Origin: Gaiellaceae bacterium
Lineage (GTDB): Bacteria; Actinomycetota; Thermoleophilia; Gaiellales; Gaiellaceae
Direction of reading: 5' to 3'
Assembly: GCA_035718485.1 (NCBI GenBank)
Contig: DASTHC010000131.1
Span: 1 to 60,560, forward strand
Length of the DNA: 60,560 nucleotides
Part shown: one piece after another, positions 46,601-54,064 of the stretch
How positions within the stretch are numbered: position 1 is the stretch's first letter
Layout: every line of letters begins with the position of its first letter
The notes under the pieces: generated by a model
What the model saw: the letters and a program-made list of their open reading frames with translations, nothing else
The model's database searches: none
What the model was told of the DNA's origin: nothing
Program-made: the position numbers and the translations under genes

Positions 46601-47062
46601 GGCGAGGCCGGGATCGAGCTCCTGCGCGAAGCCGTGGCGACCCTCGAGGGCTCGGACGCCGTCCTCGAGCGCGCCCGCGGCCTGCTCGAGCTCGGCGCGG
46701 CGCTCCGACGCGCGAACCACCGCTCCGAGGCCCGCGAGGAGCTCCGTCAGGCGCTCGAGCTCGCCCACCAGGGCGAGGCGATCCCGCTGATCACCAAGAC
46801 GCAGGAGGAGCTGATGGCGACGGGGGCCCGCCCACGGCGGGTGGCCCTGAGCGGGCTCGACGCCCTCACGCCGAGCGAGCGCCGGGTCGCCGGGATGGCG
46901 GCCAAGGAGATGACGAACCGGGACATCGCCCAGGCGCTCTTCGTGACCCCGAAGACGGTCGAGGTGCACCTCTCGAGCGTCTACCGGAAGCTCGGGATCT
47001 CCTCCCGGGCCCAGCTGGCGGGCGCTCTGGGCGCCGAGGCGCCGCAGCCCGCCTTCGGCTGA
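43643..47062 (+). CDS. class III adenylate/guanylate cyclase domain, STAND/AAA ATPase, TPR-like region and LuxR HTH regulator (Rv0386-type LAL)
   Basis: Cyclase motifs TFLFSDIQGST, GDSFFAVF and RMGVHTGEA. Walker A GNAGMGKT. Long helical repeat region. C-terminal LuxR HTH LTPSERRVAGMAAKEMTNRDIAQALFVTPKTVEVHLSSVYRKLGI. Confidence 0.88.
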   Translation: MPMSALPTGTVTFLFSDIQGSTQLLKDLGRDEYGKLLSLHNELLRTAFEEAGGVEIDRQGDSFFAVFRSAGTAVQAAIAAQKAVLGQEWPERAVVRIRMGVHTGEATVGEDGYVGFAVHQASRIGDAGHGGQILLSSTTGRLVEHDLPRDVALRDLGENRLDGLDRPERLYQLVVPGLPDVFPPLATRSGMPTAPGASVLLEREAELAAIRAMIEVARSGNGRFVAIEGNAGMGKTRLVAEARSLGAAAGLRVLSARGGEREHEFSFGIVRQLFEPILALAPAEEREELLAGAAALAAPLFDERGLSDPNVLADNSFSTLHGLFWLAGNLATRQPLLLAVDDLHWSDAASLRWLNYTARRLEGMPILLVAGTRPPAQSNEESLVAEIVADPGAVVIRPQALTLHAAQSLIRETLARDVDVEFADACHEATGGNPLLLRALLDALASEGIAPKARNASRVYELGPEAVSRSVHLRLARLPSEATALAQAVAVLGDDVRLADAATLAGVDRELAAHTAATLARNGLLRVEKRLAFVHPVLRAAVYADLNGAEREQKHAAAAELLAEADAPQEQIAAHLLLTRPGAIELAVPVLRQAADRALSKGDPDAAAAYLRRAAEEPLEDSEHAELLYRLGLAERLVDNPGAVKHLREAHALETDTIRRARIALDLGRTLLYGLQVQESVQLFEGAIESVSQIDLDLCRRLEAGLLTVTLIFPPLFPLARKQMERVKKLPLGDDVGSRMLLGLLAFAQARSMGDRETCIEYAERAVAGGAIFAEDNPAFAFSTVTLTVADEWETAAAIFDDAFADARVRGSVSAYAVASTFRGYLHIFTGDLSEAEADLRNAVEALEQHGLISGMPYALAFLADAQMQRGDLESAIETLARVDALPEASRGQAFVHDARGRLRFLQGRHRDALAEYTRAREVFEELGGVNPAVISWRSQMALAHQQLGEIDEAKRLAAEEVELSRQWGAPRAIAKSLRVSGMVEGGEAGIELLREAVATLEGSDAVLERARGLLELGAALRRANHRSEAREELRQALELAHQGEAIPLITKTQEELMATGARPRRVALSGLDALTPSERRVAGMAAKEMTNRDIAQALFVTPKTVEVHLSSVYRKLGISSRAQLAGALGAEAPQPAFG

Positions 47063-47191
47063 CCCCCTAGGGGGACGTCTCCTCGAAACCTCGGTGGCGA
47101 TCTTTGGGGGTCGCCCCGATGCGCGGCGACCCCTCACCGGGCCAGGATCAGCGCAGTTCTCGAGCACTCCAACCGACTTGAGGAGGCAGCG

Positions 47192-47761
47192 TTGATCCAG
47201 GCAGGCGACACTCTCACGAACCCGGTCACGAAGGAGCGCATGACGTTCCTGAAGACGGCAGCCGACACGAACGGCGAGTACGTCCTGATCGAGCTCAGCG
47301 CCGCCCCCGGCGTCGTCGTGGCCGCAGCCCACGTCCACCCGTCCCAGACGGAGACGTTCGAGGTGATCCGCGGCACCCTCGGCGCGAAGGTCGGCGGGAA
47401 AGAGTTCGAGGCGAAGGCGGGCGACGTGCTCGTCGTCGAGCCCCGCGTCGCGCACAAGTGGTGGAACGCCGGCGACGACGAGCTCGTGTTCCGCTGCGAG
47501 GTGCGCCCCGCGCTGCAGTTCGAGGCGCTGATCGAGACGATGTTCGGCCTCGCGGCCGACGGCAAGACGAACCGGAAGGGGATGCCGAACCCGCTGCGGC
47601 TGGCGGTCATTGCGAACCACCACTTCGGCGACGTGCAGCTCCCGGTCGTGCCGAGGTGGATGCAGAAGGCCGCGCTCGCGATGGGCGCCCCGATGGGTCG
47701 CACCCTCGGCTTCCAGCCCCACTACGCGCCGGCGGGCGAGCCCGTCCAGGCGACCATCTAG
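47192..47761 (+). CDS. cupin-domain protein
   Basis: TTG start after a GAGGAGG SD. Cupin core HVHPSQTETFEVIRGTL...GDVLVVEPRVAHKWWN. Confidence 0.75.
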   Translation: MIQAGDTLTNPVTKERMTFLKTAADTNGEYVLIELSAAPGVVVAAAHVHPSQTETFEVIRGTLGAKVGGKEFEAKAGDVLVVEPRVAHKWWNAGDDELVFRCEVRPALQFEALIETMFGLAADGKTNRKGMPNPLRLAVIANHHFGDVQLPVVPRWMQKAALAMGAPMGRTLGFQPHYAPAGEPVQATI

Positions 47762-47775
47762 AGGAGGAGGCAGAC

Positions 47776-47904
47776 GTGAAGAAGTGGATCTACCTGACCA
47801 TCCTCGGCGTCGCGCTGCTCCTGCTGGCAGTCGGCGGGTGGATCGTCGGAGGGTTCAAGTCCGTCACGAAGCCGTCCGGGCGCCTGGCGCCCCGGACGGC
47901 GTAG
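47776..47904 (+). CDS. 42-aa single-TM peptide
   Basis: GTG 47776 follows a GAGGAGGAGG SD. Sequence VKKWIYLTILGVALLLLAVGGWIVGGFKSVTKPSGRLAPRTA. Confidence 0.5.
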   Translation: MKKWIYLTILGVALLLLAVGGWIVGGFKSVTKPSGRLAPRTA

Positions 47905-47912
47905 GGGGCGCC

Positions 47913-48206
47913 ATGGCGAACCTCACGGGATCCTGGCTCGCGTTCCGGCTCGGCGTCGACCCGGCGCGGATCGAGTCGATGCGCAAGGCCGGCGAGCTCT
48001 ACGGCGTGCGCGACGAGGCCCGCGGGGAGTGGCACTATCCCTCGTGGCAATTCGATTCGGCGGGGCAGACGAAGCCGGCGGTCAAGGAGATGCTCCGGGC
48101 CGCACGGGTGGAGCGCCGGAGTCCCCGCGAGCTCCTCGAGCGAAAGATCGGGCTCGTCGGCGGCGCGCGCACGAAGGACCTGTTGCTCGCAGAGGGTGCG
48201 GCGTAA
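47913..48206 (+). CDS. small HTH protein (excisionase/MerR-like HTH with a DUF2384-like tail; antitoxin-like, tentative)
   Basis: Starts at ATG 47913 (MANLTGSWLAFRLGVDPARIESMRKAGELYGVR...WHYPSWQF...KIGLVGGARTKDLLL). Confidence 0.5.
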   Translation: MANLTGSWLAFRLGVDPARIESMRKAGELYGVRDEARGEWHYPSWQFDSAGQTKPAVKEMLRAARVERRSPRELLERKIGLVGGARTKDLLLAEGAA

Positions 48207-48222
48207 CCCGCCGCACTCTCTT
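48191..48222 (+). terminator. hairpin spanning the stop codon of the HTH gene
   Basis: GAG-G-GTGCGGCG-taacc-CGCCGCAC-T-CTC followed by a T/C-rich run. Confidence 0.4.
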
Positions 48223-48428
48223 CCTCGACCTTTCGCTACCCGGACCTCGCCTTTCGGCCGTTTCGCAAACGGCGTAGCTCCGTATGGTTCCGTCCGAGGG
48301 GGGAGCCATGCTCCCCGTGGTTCGAGGAGCGTGGGGCTCCTCATGAAAAGGCGTCATCTGCGGCAGACGCGAGCTTCCTGAGGAAGCCCTTCCTGGCGCA
48401 GCCATCGCCGGGGAAGGGTGGAAACCGA

Positions 48429-49610
48429 ATGGGCAGGAAGACGCTGATCCGTGCGGCCGGGACAGCGGTGGCGTTCGTCGCCGGGCTCATGCTCGCCATG
48501 GGCTCGCTTGGCGGAACCGCGAGCGCCTCGGGGGGCCCGAAAGATCGCGTGACGATCTGTCACGCCACAGGCAGTAGCTCGAACCCGTACGTGATGAACC
48601 ATCCCGCGGCGGACGGCGACGTGTCGGGCCACGACGGCCACGGCGACGACATCATCCCGCCCTTCACCTACGAGGAAGGCGGCGTCACGAAGCAGTACCC
48701 GGGCAAGAACTGGGACGCGACGGGCCAGGCGATCTTCGCGAACGGCTGCAACGTGCCCGGGACGACGACGCCGACGACACCGACGACTCCGACGACGCCG
48801 ACGACTCCGACGACTCCGACGACTCCGACGACTCCGACGACGCCGACGACGCCGACGACTCCGACGACTCCGACGACTCCGACGACCCCGACGACGCCGA
48901 CCACGCCGACGACGCCGACCACGCCGACCACGCCGACGACTCCGTCGACGCCGTCGATCGACCTCTCGGTCACGAAGACGGACGCGCCGGACCCGGCGAC
49001 GGTCGGCGGCTCGCTCGTCTACACGATCCGCGCGACGAACGGCAGCGCGACGACGGCGACCGGCGTCACGGTCACTGACCAGCTCCCGGCCGGCGTCACC
49101 CTCGTCTCCGTCAGCGCGAGCCAGGGCAGCTGCTCGGGCCAGCCGACGATCGTCTGCTCGCTCGGCACGCTCGCCGGCGGCGCGACCGCGACGATCACGG
49201 TCGTCGTGCAGCCGCAGTCGCCGGGCACGATCACGAACGTCGCCACGGTCGACGGCAACCAGCCCGACCCGGCGCCGTCGAACAACACCGCGGTCGCCAC
49301 GACGGCGGTCAACGGAGCCTTCACTCCGCCGACGGTCGGCTGCACCGCGCTCCGGGTGACGCCGCGCTCGCTGGCGGTTGGACACCGCGTCTCGCTCAGG
49401 GTCGTCGCCCTCGGCGGCACCGTCTCCGGCCTCCGCGTCCGCGTCCGCGGTGCGGGCATCGACGCCTCCGCACGCACGAACGCGCAGGGTGTCGCGAGCG
49501 TCCGTGTCATGGGCCGCCGGCCCGGCGTCGCGAACGTGACGGTCGCGGGCCAGTCGTGCAGCGCACGCTTCGGAGTCCTCGGTGCGTTCCAGCCTCCGCT
49601 CACGGGCTAG
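48429..49610 (+). CDS. secreted surface protein: Cys/His N-terminal module, (Thr-Thr-Pro)n linker, DUF11-like repeat domain, Ig-like C-terminal domain
   Basis: Signal peptide MGRKTLIRAAGTAVAFVAGLMLAMGSLGGTASA. N-terminal module VTICHATGSSSNPYV...GHDGHGDDIIPPF. Then (TTP) x about 21. DUF11-like region DLSVTKTDAPDPATVGGSLVYTIRATNGS...TVTDQLPAGVTLVSVSASQGSC. Confidence 0.8.
   Translation: MGRKTLIRAAGTAVAFVAGLMLAMGSLGGTASASGGPKDRVTICHATGSSSNPYVMNHPAADGDVSGHDGHGDDIIPPFTYEEGGVTKQYPGKNWDATGQAIFANGCNVPGTTTPTTPTTPTTPTTPTTPTTPTTPTTPTTPTTPTTPTTPTTPTTPTTPTTPTTPTTPTTPSTPSIDLSVTKTDAPDPATVGGSLVYTIRATNGSATTATGVTVTDQLPAGVTLVSVSASQGSCSGQPTIVCSLGTLAGGATATITVVVQPQSPGTITNVATVDGNQPDPAPSNNTAVATTAVNGAFTPPTVGCTALRVTPRSLAVGHRVSLRVVALGGTVSGLRVRVRGAGIDASARTNAQGVASVRVMGRRPGVANVTVAGQSCSARFGVLGAFQPPLTG
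48762..48957 (+). repeat. 9-bp in-frame tandem repeat (ACG ACN CCG), about 21 copies
   Basis: Read directly from the sequence. Units differ mainly at third codon positions (ACG/ACA/ACT/ACC). Confidence 0.92.
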
Positions 49611-50295
49611 CTTCTTCGTCGCCATGCTGCTCGCGCTCTCGGCGTTCGCCGCCGAGGGCCGGGCAGCAGCGCCGAGCCTGCCTCGCTCCTATCCCGCGGC
49701 CGGCCAGCTCGTCGTGCCGACCGTGACCGTGCGGAGCGCGCCGACCGCACGTGCGAAGAAGCTCGCCGTCCTGCGCGACTTCCGCCGGTCGGACTTCCGC
49801 CCGCAGATCGTGCTCGCGCTCGAGCTCCGGGCGGAGCAGAACGGCCGACTCTGGTTCAAGATCGCGCTCCCCGGCCGCCCCAACGGGCGGACCGGATGGA
49901 TCCCCGCGTCCTCGGCGTCGCTTCGGCCGACGGTCGCGTCGATCGTCATCCACCGCGCTGCGCGGACGCTCGAGCTGTCCCGCGACGGGAAGGTCGTGTT
50001 GCGCACCCGCGTCGCGGTCGGCAAGCGCGGCGCGGAAACGCCGCTCGGGCTGTTCTACGTCACCTCGCGCTTCATCCCGCGCGACCGCTTCCTCGGCTCG
50101 TACGCGCTCGAGACGAGCGCCTACTCGAAGCTCAGCGAGTGGCCGGGCGGCGGTGTGGTCGGCATCCACGGGACGCCTCGTCCCGATCTGCTCGGCCGGG
50201 CCGTCTCGCACGGCTGCGTCCGCGTCTCGAACGGCACGGCGCTCCAGCTGAAGCGTCTCGCCCCGGCGGGAACGCCGATCACGATCCTTCGCTAG
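49582..50295 (+). CDS. L,D-transpeptidase (YkuD domain)
   Basis: Signal peptide, then the catalytic motif GIHGTP...LGRAVSHGCVRV. Start is GTG 49582 (overlaps the previous gene by 29 nt) or ATG 49624. Confidence 0.85.
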   Translation: MRSSLRSRASFFVAMLLALSAFAAEGRAAAPSLPRSYPAAGQLVVPTVTVRSAPTARAKKLAVLRDFRRSDFRPQIVLALELRAEQNGRLWFKIALPGRPNGRTGWIPASSASLRPTVASIVIHRAARTLELSRDGKVVLRTRVAVGKRGAETPLGLFYVTSRFIPRDRFLGSYALETSAYSKLSEWPGGGVVGIHGTPRPDLLGRAVSHGCVRVSNGTALQLKRLAPAGTPITILR

Positions 50296-50969
50296 CGGTT
50301 GATCGCCTGCGCGACGAAGCTCGCCGGACGGCGAGCGACGACGGCGTAGCCCGGCGACTGGAAGCGGTGGTCGGCGCGGAACCGGTGCCACGAGCCGCCC
50401 GGCGCGGCGGCGACGGCGAGCCGGTCGAAGCGATAGGCGAACGTGTTGCACGCGCGTGAGCCCGCGTTCCAGCTCTCGGCCGTTGCGAGCCCACGCCACC
50501 GCTTGTGGCTTCCCGCCAGGTGGACCGGCTTCGAGACAGGACGGCCGTCGACCCACACGCGCCACCAGCTCGGATGCCCGCGGACCTCGAGCACCGCGAC
50601 AGTGCGCGTCGCGACCGGCGCGATGTCGGGCTCGACCTCGAAGTACTGCGGCGCGCGGCCGGCGCGCGAGATCTCGTAGTAGAGGTTGCTCGTCGGTGAG
50701 CCCTCGAAGCCGCTCACTCCGACCTGGATCCACTGCGTGCGGCCGGCGACGCCGACCCACGCGGCGACGTGGCCCTTCTCGACCCGCGGAGCGCCGAGGA
50801 CGGTGATCGTCGCGCGGACGCCGTGGCCGCGCTCGGCCGCCTGCAGGCCGGCGTAGGAGTACGACTCGGCACCGCATCCGGCCGCGCCCGCCCCGGCCGG
50901 TGCCGCAGAGATGCCGCCGGCGCACGCAACTGCCGAAACGAGTGCCACCGCTGCGACGAGCCGCCCCAT
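50292..50969 (-). CDS. secreted hypothetical protein (possible lipoprotein)
   Basis: 225 aa. Signal-like MGRLVAAVALVSAVACAGG. No recognisable catalytic motif. Confidence 0.6.
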   Translation of the reverse strand: MGRLVAAVALVSAVACAGGISAAPAGAGAAGCGAESYSYAGLQAAERGHGVRATITVLGAPRVEKGHVAAWVGVAGRTQWIQVGVSGFEGSPTSNLYYEISRAGRAPQYFEVEPDIAPVATRTVAVLEVRGHPSWWRVWVDGRPVSKPVHLAGSHKRWRGLATAESWNAGSRACNTFAYRFDRLAVAAAPGGSWHRFRADHRFQSPGYAVVARRPASFVAQAINR

Positions 50970-51040
50970 CCCACCATCGATCGGCGGCGGTGGACGGCCG
51001 AAGCGTACCTCGAATGAGGGACGTGTAACGATGACTGACC

Positions 51041-52072
51041 ATGCGGGTGGGCCTCGTGCTTCTCGCTGTCACGCTTGCGCTCATCGCCGCGCCGAGCTCC
51101 GGCAGCGACGTGCGCGACGACACCGCGTGGATGCAGGCGCGGCTCGATGCCGGGCTTCCGCTCTACTTGCCGAAGCTCGCCGACGGCCAGTGCTACGCGA
51201 CGCGCGGCCTGTGGGTCAGCCGCGACGACACGCAGATCGCGTCGAACGGCGCGTGCGTGCGAGGTCTCGGCCCCGGCGAGGTGCGGATTCGCTCGACCGA
51301 CGGTGACCCGATCGCGGCCGAGGCCGTCTTCTACGTGTCGAGGACGAGCGTGCTCGACCCTGCACCCGCGCGGATCTCGATCAGCGGCCTCCGGATCGAG
51401 GTCCCGGACGGTGTCGAGCTCTACGGCATCTCGATCCTCGGCCATCTCGTCGACGTGCACGGCGTGGAGGTCGGAGGCGCGCCGATCGACGCGCTCTACA
51501 TCGGGGGCCGCGCGAACGACGGCTTCGCGGCGCGCGTGACCGTGACCGACTCGCGGTTCGTCGGCGGCCGTAGGAACGTCGTCTCCGTCGTGGGCGCACT
51601 CGAGGTGCGGCTCGAGCGCAACGTGATCACCGGCGGGACCGACACGTACCCGACCGGCGGCGGCCGGACGTGGGGCAACCCCGCTGCCGGGATCGACGTC
51701 GAGCCGGGCGGCCGCGGTGCGCCGACGCTCGGAGTGCGCATCGCCGACAACGAGATCGTCGAGAACGCCGGGCCGGGCATCCTGCTCGCGCTCAGCACGC
51801 ATCAGGGCCTGCCGATCGTCGGCAGCGGCGTCGAGATCGTCGGCAACCGGATCCAGCGGAACGGCACGCGCGCCACGCCGCCGCAGCACGGTGGCATCGT
51901 CGTCAACGGCGGCCAGCAGATCGGCGGCGGCCGGGTGCTGGTCGAGCGGAACGTGATCGCCGGCAACCGCGGCGCCGCGCTCCTCGCGCGCTACGACGTC
52001 AACCTCGAGCTCGAGCTACGTGACAACCAGCTCGACGGCCGCGTCCGCTTCCAGCGAACGGAGCCCCGCTAA
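51041..52072 (+). CDS. secreted right-handed parallel beta-helix repeat protein
   Basis: Signal peptide MRVGLVLLAVTLALIAAPSSG. Repeated beta-helix turns: VTVTDSRFVGG, VRLERNVITGG, VRIADNEIVEN, VEIVGNRIQRN, VLVERNVIAGN. Confidence 0.7.
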   Translation: MRVGLVLLAVTLALIAAPSSGSDVRDDTAWMQARLDAGLPLYLPKLADGQCYATRGLWVSRDDTQIASNGACVRGLGPGEVRIRSTDGDPIAAEAVFYVSRTSVLDPAPARISISGLRIEVPDGVELYGISILGHLVDVHGVEVGGAPIDALYIGGRANDGFAARVTVTDSRFVGGRRNVVSVVGALEVRLERNVITGGTDTYPTGGGRTWGNPAAGIDVEPGGRGAPTLGVRIADNEIVENAGPGILLALSTHQGLPIVGSGVEIVGNRIQRNGTRATPPQHGGIVVNGGQQIGGGRVLVERNVIAGNRGAALLARYDVNLELELRDNQLDGRVRFQRTEPR

Positions 52073-52075
52073 CGA

Positions 52076-52109
52076 GAAAGCCCGCCCTGCGGCGGCAGGA
52101 CGGGCTTTC
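52076..52109. terminator. bidirectional terminator hairpin between convergent genes
   Basis: GAAAGCCCG-c-CCTGC-ggcg-GCAGG-a-CGGGCTTTC. A/T-rich flanks are present on both strands. Confidence 0.65.
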
Positions 52110-52135
52110 CCAGCTGTTGCGCTCTCGCTAGCGGG

Positions 52136-53773
52136 CTAGCGGGACGTCGACCACCAGGAGTTGACGTTCCAGAGCGCGGTCTGCTGCGTCGGGTTGCGGA
52201 CGATGCCCTGGATCCGCTTCTCGTGGATGAGGAAGCCGGGCTTCGCCATCAGCGGGATCGTCGGGATGTCGTTCGCGATCAGCGCGTCCGCCTTGTTCAG
52301 CATCGCGTTGCGCTTCTTGTCGTTCAGCTCGACCGACGCCTTGCTCAGCAGGCTCGTCACCGTGCGGTTGCAGTAACCCATGTCGTTCTGGTCACCGCCA
52401 CAACCGTGGATGGCGACGTCGGTGAGCGCCGAGACGGGGCTCCCCTGCCAACCGAACATGAACAGGTCCCAGTCGCGCGACGGCAGCACCGTGCCGAACA
52501 CATGGCTCGCTGGACCGAACGTCGACTTCACTTCGATGCCGACGGCCTTCAGCTGCGCCTGGATCACCTCGAAGGTGAGCTCACGAAGCTGGTTTCCGGC
52601 GGTCGAGGTGAAGCGGAACGACAGCTTGCCGACGCCCGGGCAGCTGTAGATGCCGTCCGAGCCCTTCGTGCAGCGGTTCGTCCGGAGCAGCTGCTCGGCC
52701 GCCGCGCGGTTGTACGTGTACTTCTTCCAGTTCGGCTTGTACTGCGACTCGAACGGCTTGAAGATCACGTTCTGGAGCACGGGCAGGCCCGGCGAGATCG
52801 TCCGGTAGAGCGCGCTCGTGATCGCGGACCGGTTGATCCCGCGGATGAGCGCCTGGCGGACGAACTTCTTCTTCAGCGCCGGATGGCCCTTCGGGCCCTG
52901 CTGCATGTCGATGTGCTCCCACGAGAACTCCGGCCCGAACTGCACGCGGAGGTTGTTGTTCCGGCGCGCGTCCGCGATCTGCAGCTGCGGCTGCGGCCGG
53001 AGCACGGAGAGCTCACCCGAGCGGATCGCCTGGAACTGCGTGTTCGTGTCGGCGACCACGCGGTAGACGATCTGGTTCAGGTACGCCTTCTTGCCCCAGT
53101 AGTTCGGGTTCCGCGTGAGCACGAGCTGCGAGCCGCGCTGCCAGCGGTTGAAGACGAACGGGCCCGACGAGATCGGCTTGTTGCTCTTCGGGCTCATGAA
53201 GTCGTTCCGCCAGACCTGGTTGAAGTTCTCGCCCTGCAGCGAGTGCTGCGGGATCGGCGCGGTGCCGATGAGCGCCTTCCAGGCCGCGTACGGGCGGCGG
53301 AACGTGACCGTGACCGACTTGCCTGCCACGGCGACCTTGCTGATGTCCTCCCAGCCCTCACGCGAGGTGATGTCGAACGACTGGTTCATCTGCGTCTGCC
53401 AGAGGAACCGGAAGTCCGCCCCGGTGATCTGCTGGCCGTCGCTCCACTTCGCAACCTTCTTGTAGGTGAAGCGAACGGTGAGCGGCCGCGCCTTCAGCAT
53501 CTTCGGCTGGCCCGTGAAGAGCACGGGCATCAGCGTGCCGCGGTTGTTGTACTCGAGACCGCCGTCGAGCACGGGCTCGGTCGCCTCGGCCGTCGCAAAC
53601 AGGTTCCCCTCCGTGATGTACGGATTGAGGACCTTCGGCTCCTGGTCGAGGCCATAGATCACAGTGCCCCCTGTGCGGGGCTTTACCTGCGGTTTTGCCA
53701 CCGCAGAGGACGCCACCAGCAGGCTGATGGCGCCGGCAGCTCCGAGCAGGAGCTGAAACCACCGTCGGTTCAT
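52136..53773 (-). CDS. ABC transporter substrate-binding protein, family 5 (peptide/nickel type)
   Basis: Trimmed to ATG 53773 (MNRRWFQLLLGAAGAISLLVASSAVA) after a GGAGGAG SD. Typical SBP_bac_5 length and composition. No cognate permease or ATPase is adjacent. Confidence 0.82.
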   Translation of the reverse strand: MNRRWFQLLLGAAGAISLLVASSAVAKPQVKPRTGGTVIYGLDQEPKVLNPYITEGNLFATAEATEPVLDGGLEYNNRGTLMPVLFTGQPKMLKARPLTVRFTYKKVAKWSDGQQITGADFRFLWQTQMNQSFDITSREGWEDISKVAVAGKSVTVTFRRPYAAWKALIGTAPIPQHSLQGENFNQVWRNDFMSPKSNKPISSGPFVFNRWQRGSQLVLTRNPNYWGKKAYLNQIVYRVVADTNTQFQAIRSGELSVLRPQPQLQIADARRNNNLRVQFGPEFSWEHIDMQQGPKGHPALKKKFVRQALIRGINRSAITSALYRTISPGLPVLQNVIFKPFESQYKPNWKKYTYNRAAAEQLLRTNRCTKGSDGIYSCPGVGKLSFRFTSTAGNQLRELTFEVIQAQLKAVGIEVKSTFGPASHVFGTVLPSRDWDLFMFGWQGSPVSALTDVAIHGCGGDQNDMGYCNRTVTSLLSKASVELNDKKRNAMLNKADALIANDIPTIPLMAKPGFLIHEKRIQGIVRNPTQQTALWNVNSWWSTSR

Positions 53774-54064
53774 GGAGTGTCTCCTCCGCCGCATGTCGCG
53801 TTCGCGCGTCGGCCGTCTCCGTCGGAACGACCTCGGCACGGAGCGGTTCGATCCGCTCAGAGACCAAGACGGATGGACCCGATCGTGCGGCGGTTAGAAC
53901 CTCTTATGCGCCGATCAGGAACCGCGCCTAACAAGAAGGAAGAGCGTCCGCTCCGGCGGAGTGTGTGCCGAAGCGGACGCGACGTTCCCACCCACGTTCT
54001 AGCAACGACGCTGCAGTCTGAGCCAGCAGAAGGAGTGATCCGCCGATTCGGAACTCGGGGGTGG

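Noticed and set aside
48196-48381. 61-aa ORF downstream of the antitoxin-like HTH gene, as a possible toxin
   Set aside because: The product is Arg/Pro/Ser-rich (MRRNPPHSLPRPFATRTSPFGRF...) with no RES or other toxin motif and no SD. It overlaps the hairpin-rich non-coding region, so it is more likely non-coding.
48762-48957. Possible CRISPR-like or satellite array (regular short repeats); the same question applies to 8675-9298
   Set aside because: The repeat unit is only 9 bp (or 9, 27 and 72 bp in the collagen tract), with no unique spacers. The arrays are perfectly in frame inside ORFs that have signal peptides and flanking folded domains. They are coding Thr-Thr-Pro and Gly-X-Y repeats.
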